Below are positions 10,874-21,500 of a DNA stretch of 64,000 bases, one piece after another; within the stretch, counting starts at the first letter, position 1; every line of letters starts with the position of its first letter. A program made the position numbers and the translations under genes. The stretch comes from Mantamonas sphyraenae STR306 (lineage: Eukaryota; Protista; CRuMs): contig JAPMXV010000039.1 of the NCBI GenBank assembly GCA_026936335.1, positions 1 through 64,000 of the forward strand. Direction: 5' to 3'. The notes beneath the pieces are model-generated. The model did no database searches. It worked only from the letters and a program-made list of their open reading frames with translations, and was not told the origin of the DNA.

Positions 10874-12520
10874 TCACTCCTTGATGGAAAAATCGATGCC
10901 CTGGGCAAGAGGCAGGCTCTTGCTGTAGTTCACCGTGCACGTCGAACGGCGCACATACTGCTTCCAGCTGTCAGAGCCAGCCTCACGGCCCCAACCGGTC
11001 TCCTTGTTGCCGCCAAACGCTCCGCCGATCTCGGCTCCGCTTGTCGGGATGTTCACGTTCACGATGCCGCAATCGCTACCCAGCGCGCCTGTCCACTTCC
11101 AGATCTTTGCCTGGTCCTGAGTAAACAGCGACGACGACAGGCCCTGTGCCACTTCGTTGTTCCACTCGATCGCCTCGTCCAGATCGCTAAACTTCATCAC
11201 GTACAGGATCGGCACAAACGACTCCTCCTGCACAATCTCCATGTCGTGCGTCGCTTCCACAATCGTGGCCTCCACAAAGTTGCCCTCGCCCTCCACGACC
11301 TTGCCGCCCGCAAGGATCTTGCCACCCTGCTCAACGGCTGCCTTGATCGTGTTCTCAAAGATCTCCACGCTTCGCTTGCTGTGCACAGGTCCCAACAGCA
11401 CGCCCTCTTCCATCGGGTCTCCCATTTTCAGCTTGCCGTAGCCTGCCACAAGGTTCTCCAGGAACGAGTCGTAGATGCTTTCGTGCAGCATCAGACGGCG
11501 GATCGATGTGCATCGCTGTCCAGCTGTGCCCACTGCGCCAAACAGAATCGCTCCAAACGCAAGCTCCAAGTCTGCGTCGTCCATCACCACCACCGCGTTG
11601 TTTCCGCCCAGCTCCAGCAGCGTGCGCCCAAAGCGGCCGTTCACCACAGAGCTCACGTGGCGACCCACCTTGGTCGATCCCGTGAACGAGATCAGAGGCA
11701 AACGCTTGTCCTGGATCATCGCCTCGCCCACAGTCTGTCCCGGGCCGTTCAGGCACGTAAACACCGCCGGGTTGATCTTGTTTGCCACAAGCACCTCGGT
11801 GATGATCTTCGTCACCGCAATCGTCACCAGCGGCGTCGTCTCGCTGCCCTTCCATACCACGCAGTTGCCTGTGATCATGGCCAGGCACGTGTTCCAACCC
11901 AGCACTGCCACGGGAAAGTTGAATGCAGTGATGCAGCCCAGCACTCCCAGAGGGTTCCACATCTCCAGGATCACGTGGCCCGGTCGCTCAGACGGAATCA
12001 CGCTGCCTGCAAACATGCGCGACAGGCCCACCGCGTAGTCGCACATGTCGATAAACTCCTGCACTTCGCCCACGCCTTCCGCCTCAATCTTGCCCACCTG
12101 CAGCGACACCAGCTTGCCCAGATCCGACAGCTTCTCACGCAGGGCCTCTCCAATTTGGCGCACCACCTCGCCACGGCGCGGCGCAGGCATCTGTGTCGTG
12201 CATACCCGTGCAACGTGTCCTCTCTGCTTGTCAGCACAAATTCCGTTCTTCCATGCACCGCAAAAAAAACGGGCAAACCCTCTCGCCACGCCACTTACGC
12301 TTGCCCAGTCGGGCCAGGCCGCACGTGCTGCCTCCACCACTGTCTCGTACTCTTCCACCGTGCTCTCCGTCACCTTGCCCACAAGCTGGCCCGTGGCAGG
12401 GTACGTCAGCTCCACCGTTTCTCCGTTGCCCGTCCACTCTGTGCCGTTCCACGTGCCCAGGTTTGTCTCCTCCAGGCCCAAGCGCTCCAGAAAATCGTAG
12501 GTCTTGTCACTGCTGCTCAT
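10874..12520 (-). CDS. ALDH7A1: Aldehyde dehydrogenase family 7 (antiquitin); intron 12191-12298
   Basis: PAPRRGEVVRQIG, ITAFNFPVAV, FTGSTKVG, LLELGGNNA, GTAGQRCT, GAEIGGAFGG.KETG.GRE.GSDSWKQY, LPLAQGI. Confidence 0.96.
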   Translation of the reverse strand: MSSSDKTYDFLERLGLEETNLGTWNGTEWTGNGETVELTYPATGQLVGKVTESTVEEYETVVEAARAAWPDWASVSGVARGFARFFCGAWKNGICADKQRGHVARVCTTQMPAPRRGEVVRQIGEALREKLSDLGKLVSLQVGKIEAEGVGEVQEFIDMCDYAVGLSRMFAGSVIPSERPGHVILEMWNPLGVLGCITAFNFPVAVLGWNTCLAMITGNCVVWKGSETTPLVTIAVTKIITEVLVANKINPAVFTCLNGPGQTVGEAMIQDKRLPLISFTGSTKVGRHVSSVVNGRFGRTLLELGGNNAVVVMDDADLELAFGAILFGAVGTAGQRCTSIRRLMLHESIYDSFLENLVAGYGKLKMGDPMEEGVLLGPVHSKRSVEIFENTIKAAVEQGGKILAGGKVVEGEGNFVEATIVEATHDMEIVQEESFVPILYVMKFSDLDEAIEWNNEVAQGLSSSLFTQDQAKIWKWTGALGSDCGIVNVNIPTSGAEIGGAFGGNKETGWGREAGSDSWKQYVRRSTCTVNYSKSLPLAQGIDFSIKE

Positions 12521-12612
12521 AGTCAAAAATGCAAAGTGTTGATTGAAAAAACTCTTTGTTTGCGTGGCTCCCTGGCCGCCGCTCCGCTCCGCTGCACACA
12601 ACAAGAAGCACG

Positions 12613-15231
12613 TCAAACCTTCCCATTGGCTTCTTTCTCCTTGGGCATGCATCGCAGGCCGTTCCTCAGGTCACCCATCCCGTTCTCCGGGCCAATCCAG
12701 CACATGGCCGACAGGAAGAAGCACATCGACCACGCCAGCGACAGCGAAATCGTCGACATGATCAGCACCGCAAACTTGGTGAAGAACGTAATGGTGCAGC
12801 CCCACAGGAACAACGACGATCCAAACGTCGTCATGGCTCCCGCAAGCACACTCACTCCCATATCCGTCACCGCGTCGCGCATCTTGTTGAATCGCAGCGC
12901 ACTTTCGCTTTCCATGTACGAGTTGCCCAGATGCACAACGTAGTCCACAGAAAATCCAATAAGAATCACCGCACTGATGCTCTCTGTCACGCCCAGCTGC
13001 CATCCCAGCAGCACCATCACTGCCAGCGTGCTCGACACAATGCCCACAATGGTCAGCGTCGCCAGACCGCCCACAATCCAGTTCGATGTGCTTACAATCA
13101 GCACCGCAAACGCCACGCTGATCGAAATCGCCATGCCCTGCACAGCATTCGTCACAAAGCTCTGTTGCGTCTCAGACCAGCCCCACTCGAAGCCCGACGT
13201 CTGGAACGCGTTGTTGACCCCCTTCGGGCTCGCTGCGTTCCGCTCATTCGCAAACTTTTCAAACTTGGCCCGCTCCGGCAGCACGTCCAGGTAAGGCTGG
13301 AACGGACGCAGATTCGCCGTCATTTCCATGCGCATAAACTTCAGCTCCCCTTTCACAAAACCAAGGTGGCGGTTCAGCAGGTACTTGCGGTACGTCGTGT
13401 TGGTGGTAAACGCAAGCAACGACTGCGTAAACATCTTCTTTTGGTCCGCTGCGTTGTCGCTAAAGTTCACAGGGAACTGCTTGTACGTGTCCAGCGCCCA
13501 CAGGCGGTAGTCTTCCATAAAGCATGTCACCAGCCCCTTGCGAACAAACTCCTTCCCAGCCGCAGATGTGCACGTGTCCAACACAGCTTGCTGGTTCGCT
13601 CGCGGGCTCGCGTCAAACTCGCTGTCAAACACAAGCTTGCCAATGTCGTCTGGATCGTACGGGTCTGTGCCCGAGCGGTCAATCGACTTCAGGCCCCACA
13701 CCATGCGCACCTTCACAGCGCTGTCTTCGTCTGACTGCAGGAATCCGTCGCGCAGCGCACGCTGAGCCTCGCCAAACGGATACCCACGCGGAAACCACTC
13801 CTCCTGGTTCGTCAGCGGCGCCAGCTGCGCCGCGATAACCACGCCTGCAACAAGCAGCAGGCCAAACAACACCACAAGCGGCACATGAAATCGCTTCACA
13901 AAGTCCGACCACTGGTGGTAGAAGAACTTTTCCACAGGACGCAGCCCGTCCAGGTTGCGGGTCTCAGTGTGCGCCGCCTCGGCTGCTGCCCGCGCTGCCT
14001 TCTTTGCCGCGCGTCGTGCCTTGCGAGCTGCACGCCGCTCCTTCATGCTCTTGCGCCCACGCTTCAGATCCTTCATCTCCACCGACTCGCTCCCGCCCGT
14101 CTCCGCCGCCTCCGGTTTCGTCTCGCCCTCCTCCGCCCCCTCGTCGTCCTCCTCCGATGACAACGATGCTTCACTCTCTTCGTCGCTTTCAGACTCCGAC
14201 TCCAGGATCTTCTTGCCGTCGAGTACCTCCACCATGTCGTTGTTCTCCGGGTGCACCTGGATCGTCTCGTTGCCGCTTGTCTTGGCGTGCGGCTTGCCTG
14301 CCTCTCCGGCCTCCACGTCCGCCTCCTCCTTCGCCTCCTTGCAGCGGAACACATAGCTCGACACACGTCCCTCGCGGAAGTTCTTGTGGTGTTCAATCAC
14401 AACCGCAGGGTAAAACGTCACCACCATCCAGTAGTTGCCAATCACAAGGAACGCGGCAAAGAAGCCAAACGTTGCGATCGGCATGATCACGCTCGTGCCC
14501 GTCGCCAGGAACGCCGCCATTGTCGTGAAACTTGTCACAAACATGGCTTTCGCCGCACGATGGAAAGCCCAGTGCATGCGCTTCTCCAGGTCGTTTGCAA
14601 GCTCCTCGTACAAACCGCCCTGCAGCCACGCGTCATAAAGCACAAAGATGTTGTCTGCACCGATGCCCAGAATGATAAAGATGGCCAAGCCGTGCAGCGC
14701 CTGGAAGAAACTGATCCCAAGCACCAATCGGTAGATCGAGTAGCTGTACGCGAACGACATCAGAATCTGAAACATGCCAAAGCTTGCCAGGAAAGCGCTG
14801 CGCGTGTGCACGCCGATGTAGAACAGCACAAACACAATCGAGCCAATCGCAAACGAAAAGTCACGGTCCGTCAGCGTCTGGAACTCCAGTTGGTTCAGCC
14901 GTCCGCCGTAGATGTACACGTGCATGTCCTTGTACTGCGCGTTGTCCAGCACATCGTTGCGCAGCTTCGTTGCGTACGGGTCGTACAAGGCCCGTTGTTC
15001 CGTCGGGCGATCATCCTTGTTCTTGTACTTCTTGCCGTCCTTCACCAGCGGTGCGCCGTAGAAGAACCCTGCGCGCGTGAACTGAGACTTGCGCGAGTCC
15101 TGCGTAAAGTTGCGTGCAAAGAAAAACTCGCTAAACAGCTCCAGGTTCTGCGTGCTGCCCAAGCTCTTTACCACGTCGTCTGGGTTGCTCACCAACGAGC
15201 CCTTGCCGGTCGGCATGCTCACGTTGTTGAT

Positions 15232-15266
<35 letters not shown>

Positions 15267-16146
15267 TCAGCCTGCGCACCGCTCGCACACACACGCACAC
15301 ACTTGCCCTCTACTTCCTTCCCCGTCCCACAACCTACCGTCTCCGGGTAAAAGTACGGAACCGAACTGAGGTACGACAGTTGTGCCGAGCAGTCCGTCGT
15401 CTTCCCATCCGTCAGACAGAACTTCTTGCGGTCCGCATCGTCCTTCAATTTCTGTATACGTGTGCCACGTGCCATGTTCTCGGGTTAGCATACGCAAAAA
15501 GCATCTCCTCCCCGCCCGCCGCCGTTTCGGAGGTTTCGACTGGAAGCCGTTCCGCCCAACCCACAAACCAACCCCCACCAGCCCCCCTTTTTCTTTTTGT
15601 TTCCCTCCCTCTCGTCCACACACCCACTTACGTCTTCCCATTTCTTCATGTGCGCAATACGCTCGCGTGTAAATACTGTTTGCGACGTGTCGTGCGTCGC
15701 ATAGATCAACTGTGCCCACCCGGTGTCAGTGGGAAAATTCCTTGGAGTGTCCCGTCCACATTCCTTCGCCCAACCCTCTTTCTTCCGCCTACCATAATCG
15801 TCCATGCATTCATCCGCTCCGATCGCTCCGGTTCATCCTTGTCCGTGTCCTCGTCCGTCAGCGACACCGATTCCAGTGCACGGATCTCCATGTCGTCTCG
15901 CTGCGAGTTGATATCGTCGCGAATGCGAAAGTCCCGACCCGTCTGCGGAGAAAACTCAAACAGGTTGAATCCCACAATGATGCCCCCCAGGATCAGCGGC
16001 AACATGAATCCCACAGCCATCACCACGCGATGGTGGCGTACAATAAAAACGGGGAACGACGGCCACGTCGACGGCTTCCAGCAGAAGGAATCCTCGGGTG
16101 CCGGTTCGTTCCACTCCTTGGCTTCGGCGACTTCGTGTTCTGCCAT
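12613..16146 (-). CDS. Dispatched/Patched-family RND (sterol-sensing/MMPL) transporter; three introns between ~15230 and ~15790
   Basis: 12-TM pattern, FIILGIGADNIFV, LIGFSVDYVVHL and AMFVTSFTTMAAF typical of DISP-like proteins. Confidence 0.88.
15235..15262. repeat. (CA)n microsatellite inside an intron
   Basis: About 14 CA units next to the 3' splice site of the Dispatched-like gene. Confidence 0.9.
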
Positions 16147-16236
16147 TTTTTTCTTTTCCTTGCTTCTGCACGCGTGACCTCATTCATTCATTTCATGGTC
16201 CCCCCACGCTGTCACCATGAAAGACATCCTCCCAAG

Positions 16237-18373
16237 CTACTGCACAACACACCCGCCATCCTCCTCCTCCTTCTTCTTCTTCTTCCGCTCCATCTCTGCC
16301 AACCGCCGCATCCGATCAATGTCTTCCTGCTCCAACCGTGCTCGCTCCGCCTCCCTCGCTCGCGCCTGCCGGGCCTCTGCACGCTCCACTTCCGCTTGCC
16401 TCTCCTGTTCCTGCAGCTTCAACGCCAGAGCATAGTCCTCATCCGCGTTGGATCCCTCTCGGCCAAGACTGCCCTCGCCTTCCGTGTTCCCATCTCCGGG
16501 CCATCCGTCCAGACCAAGCGTACCCCGTGTGCCTACAGGCACCTTTGCGTTTGCTTGTGCACGAAGCTCGGGTGTCGTCGCTGTAAACGTCTTGAAATTC
16601 GCGTGGCAAAACACGCTGTCCCCATCCACCTGATCGAACCGTTCCCACACCACGTTCCGCTCGTTGCAGTAGCCCAGATCCGTCACCAGCAGGTAAAGCT
16701 GCCCTCGGAATTTGCACAGCGTTGAAAAATGGTTGTTTCGGAAAAAAACCGCCAGCTGGTTGTCCGCCATTCGTTCGTGCAGCTGCGCCAACCCGTGGAA
16801 CGTCAGCTGGTTCCCACTCTCTGCCAGAAATAGTTCCAGACGTTTACCCAGCAGCACCGCTTCTGTCCTTTCCTCACTGCTCATCCCAGAGATCACATCG
16901 TGTGCGCTCTGTCCAGCACCACCCAACGCCTCCTCTTCTTCCTCCTCCGCCTCGCCCACGTACGCCTCCTCAAACACAGCCAGACCCCGCACCTCTGCTT
17001 CCTTTGCCATAAGCTCCTTCTCATGCTCGGTCACGTTCTTCTTGGCGATTGCATTCTCTCTCCACAGCTTCTTGTTCCGTTTCGTCGGAAGCCCCAGCCG
17101 CGCCTCCCCCATTGCAGGCATGCTTTCCAGAAGAAATTCCTCTTCGTCTTCCTCTTCATCATTCTCTTCCTCTCCTCTACCTCCTCCTCCATTCTTCTCC
17201 TCCTCCTCCTGCTCCTCCTCCTCAAACTTCCCAATCACCAGCTCCGTCTCCTCCCGCACCTCCTTCTTCAACGGCTCCGCAACTTTCCTGTCCTCCACCT
17301 CCTCCTTCCTGCTACTGCGTTCTCTTCCTCCCCGTTTTCCTCTCCTCCGCCGCTCATCTGTGCCCGAAACTCTGCCCACGGGTCCTCTTCGGGTTCGGCC
17401 TCAATCTCGTCCTCTTCCTGTGTCTCTTCCGGCCCAAACCCATCCAAGTCGGCAAACGGGTCGTCCAGCAGTTCTTGCGGTTCTACGGGGTGCCTGTGTC
17501 CTTGGCCTTGTGCCTGTGTCTGTTGCGGTCGTGGTTTCACTACCCCGAGGTCCACCAGAAGCTCTTCTCCTTCCAGCAGTTCCGCTCTTGCCCCGCCCGT
17601 CACCGTTTGCCCACGCCGATCTTCCTCCTCCAGCCACTGTGACACTTCGTTGCCAAACACCATCTTCTCCACAACCTGGTTGTACGTCATGTTTCCCACT
17701 GCCTTCACCATGGCCTCGTCCTGTTCCAACACGTGCTTGCCGTTGTCAGCTCCAGCCCACTTTTCCGCCTCCTCTCCTCACTCCTCTTCACCTACCTCTT
17801 GCTCCACCAGCCACCCATGCAGCAGATCGATGTTCAGCAGATCAAACACCACACACTCTTTTGTGTACTCAAACTGGTCGCATCTGCCGTGTCCCCAGTG
17901 TTTCCGCAAAAGTCAGCACCTGGTCATTCCCCAACGCACACTCCATTCCGACTCCCGCAAACTCACCCTGTGAATCGCACGTTGACGTCCAGACCATTCT
18001 TCAGGCTCGGCAACAGTGCAATAGCTTCCTGTAGATGAGCCTCCCAATCTGCGTGCATCTTCTTGTCCGACTGCCACCTCCCACCGCGTCAGCAAACTCC
18101 ACAAACGAACGGACCCCTACGCTGCCCGCATCCACATACAGGCTCCTTCAGCTCCATCAAATGGTTTGCCACTGCTTGGATAAGATACTCATGCGTCACC
18201 TCTGTGTATTCCACGCTGATCTTCAGCCTCCCCGTCAGCAACAAGATGTTCGCCAGCGCAATCAGCGGACACGGTCCATTCTCTCCTTGAAGCACAATTG
18301 GCACCTCGCGTTGCCCAAACCGGATTGCTTTCAGCCTGTACGTGCCCACGCCCTCGGTCTCGATCTGACTCAT
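16237..18373 (-). CDS. MINDY1: MINDY-1/2 family deubiquitinase; three introns at ~17720-18140; apparent frameshift at ~17290-17340
   Basis: QGENGPCPLIALAN (catalytic Cys), LLHGWLV, QLTFHGL, VFFRNNHFSTL (catalytic His), LYLLVTDLGY, MIU-like DEDYALALKLQEQE, C-terminal CaaX CVVQ. Confidence 0.9.
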
Positions 18374-18544
18374 GCCTGTCCACCCAAGAGGAGCGCTTTG
18401 GTTTTTTTTGGCAACCCGACGCGAATCCTATTGTACATTCATTGATCATGCTCGCATCGTCAGGGTCATCGTTCATCCTCCAATCACCACACAAAACCGT
18501 AGCAGTGTTGACAGTCGCTCCCAATCACAATCACCAAGTCACGA

Positions 18545-21500
18545 TCAACTCCTCCCCCACCGCCGCTTCACCTTCCCCTTCCCCTTTCCTCCTCTGTCAT
18601 CCCACTTGTTCTCCTCGTGCACTCCCTGTGCCGCCATCGCAACGCTCTTCCGTTTCTGCGCTCTCTGCCGCACAATCGTTGTCACTGCCGTCAATCGGTC
18701 CAGGTATCTGTGGATGGGCCGCCACACCGCTTCGTCTAGCACCAGATCTCCGGACGTCTCATAGTATGTGCTCGCCTCAAAGTATCGATGGCTGCGCAGC
18801 ACCCATGACACCACGATCGCAATCAGCTTGCTCGACATTTCCAGACGAGGTACCATGACTCCGAGGTTCTCCACCGCCCGCGCCGTCACTTGTGCCAACG
18901 TATTCGAAATCACTCGGTGCTCTGCACTTTCCAGTACCATTGCCTTTGCAATACTGCTGTGCAGCTTGTCGATCGAAAACGGCTCCACCGGCTGGCTCGG
19001 GTTGCGCTTGCGCACGTAAAACGTGCTTGGTGTCGCGCTTGTTGGCGGTAGACCCCGTCCTCGGAAGCGAGTCAGTGCACGACGCCATGCCCCAAAGCCT
19101 CGGTCGTTCCGCGCTGCCAGTGCCTCCGCATCCAGCTCCTCAAACGCCCCATAGAAACGCTTCAGCCTTCCTTGCTGCCACCTGCGAAACAGAAACAACT
19201 CGGCGATCCGCCCGGCCGCCACCTCACGCACGCACACTGCCTGGAGCAGCTTTACATGCTGTTTTCGCTCCTCAAACGGCAACGCGTCCATACCCACTAG
19301 CCGCAGGTACAGCTGACGCAGCACAACCTCGTGCGAAATCATAGGCTCCACTTTTCCCTGCCGTCCCGGCCCCAGGAAGCTGTGGCCCACCACGTTCAGA
19401 TACAACGACCGAAACCATCCATCCGGTGCCTCATTCTCACGCGGGTGACCCAGCGGCGGGGGGAGCCGACGCACAAAGTCTTGCAGCAACCGCAACGGCA
19501 TCTCTGGGGGCACTTCCTTCAGGAACACACCCTCTGGGTGCCATCGCCTCGCAAATGAGATCCAGTGCGAGTGAAACTCCACAAAGTTGGCACTCGTCAG
19601 CTTTGTGTCGTACACAAAGCTGAACCGCTGCAGCACAACTGCCACCAGCAGATTCAGAAAGATGTACGCGCTAATGCTACGCAGAAACACAACCAACCCC
19701 ACTGCTATCTGCCGCTGCCCGCAGTCTGTTGCTCCGTACCCAAACTCTCCCGCCGCCGCCGCCGTGCAGTACGGTTCCGTCAGCGACAGGTCTGCCATCA
19801 GCACGCTCCAGTTTTCGCCCGTCAGTGTGCCAAACAGCGTCAGCATCGCTATGCTTGTCGATCCAAAGTTGCTGTACTTGTCCAAGTACAACCCTTTCTT
19901 GGTTGTGCCAAACACCTGCACAAACACAATCGCAAACGTGTACATCAGCAGCAGAAACACCCACGTCAGCGAAAACACTGTGATGAACGAGTGCCGAAAC
20001 GTCACCAGAATCGTCTGCAGATTCGGCACCCGGTATGCCAGACGCACAAACACAAGGAATCGAAACTCTTTGCTTGGACGAAACGACGGCAACAGCGTGC
20101 CACCTCGCCCGCTTGCCTCGATCGACTCAAACAGCAGGCCCCCGACCACGGCCACAAACTCAAACACGTTCCACGCATTCCTCAGATAATTACGCGGACC
20201 ACTGGCGATCATCTTCAGCACCAAGTCGATCGTATAAAGCACGCTGATTGTGTAGTTTGTCCAGAACAGCGCTGTCTCCATCCATGCCCTCATGCCAAAG
20301 TGGAACGTGCACATCACCACCACATGGAAGCACAACAGCGCCAGCACGCCTGTTTCCCAGTTTCCATGCACCTTGTGCATCCATCGATCCCGATGCCGAT
20401 GTACTCGGTAGCTCGTTGGCATCACCCGTTGGCCCGAACGTCGCTTCCGCTTGCCTCCCTTGCTCCTCTGCATCTCTTTCCCATCGTCCTCTTGGTCCCC
20501 TGTCGTCGTACCGTCCCCTGTAACAATCATAGGTGCAACTCGCCGATCACTGCGCCGCCTCTGACGTGCCTCTCCTGCACTTTGTGTGCGCGCTCGCTGC
20601 CGCTGGGCCATGCACGCACTTTCACTCAGGTGACACGGCACCACAAGGCTGTAGCACACCCCTCGCACCGATTCCAGTTCCCGAGGAACACGTACAAGCC
20701 AGTTGCTAAACGTCGATCCCATAATCGATTGGATGGCACGCCAGTTTCGCTGCTTGCTCGTCAGCCACCCGATGTCTTTGCGGTCGTAGTACAGGTCCAC
20801 AACCACACCCACAAACAGTTGCACCACAAAGAACGCCCCCAACACAACCACTATCACCACAAACAGCGCGTTCAGCGGCGTGGCGCGGTCCTTTGGCTGC
20901 AGCCCCACATCTCGGACGTCCATCAACTGGAACATCAGGTAGATCATGTTGTCTGTCGACGCAAGCTCAAATACATACCGACACGCCTCCAGTACGTCGT
21001 CAAACGTTTGCTCGGGCGAGTACCACGCGCGCGGCACCAGGATCCCCTGGCTGTTCACAAACGTGCCAACACACTCTGCCACCCCGTTCACACTCGTGTC
21101 TGTGCACTCGTCCAGCTTTCCTGCATACAGAGCCACCCCGATGCACGCCGCTGTGTACCCAAACACAATCGCAAACAGCATTACGTTGAAAATGCCCGGG
21201 AGCGACTGCACAAATGGGCCCACCTGGCTCTGCAGGTCGTGCGACCGAGGCACAAACAGGTACGCCAGCAGGATCACCCGAATCACGCTCACGACATATC
21301 CGGCTGGCGACTCTCTGCCCAGCGCAAACGAGAGCACCTGCACCAATACAAACAGCACGTCCACAATCTTCCACCACCGCCGAAGAAACGCAATGGTTCC
21401 GTGGTGGTGGTGGTGGTGCCGTCCTCCATGAACCCTCAGCGGTCCAGCACGCACCACAAGCCGTTCCGCCTTGGAGTGGCCCTTGATCTCGCCCGTGCTC

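Noticed and set aside
10544-12943. 799-aa plus-strand ORF
   Set aside because: Antisense shadow of ALDH7A1.
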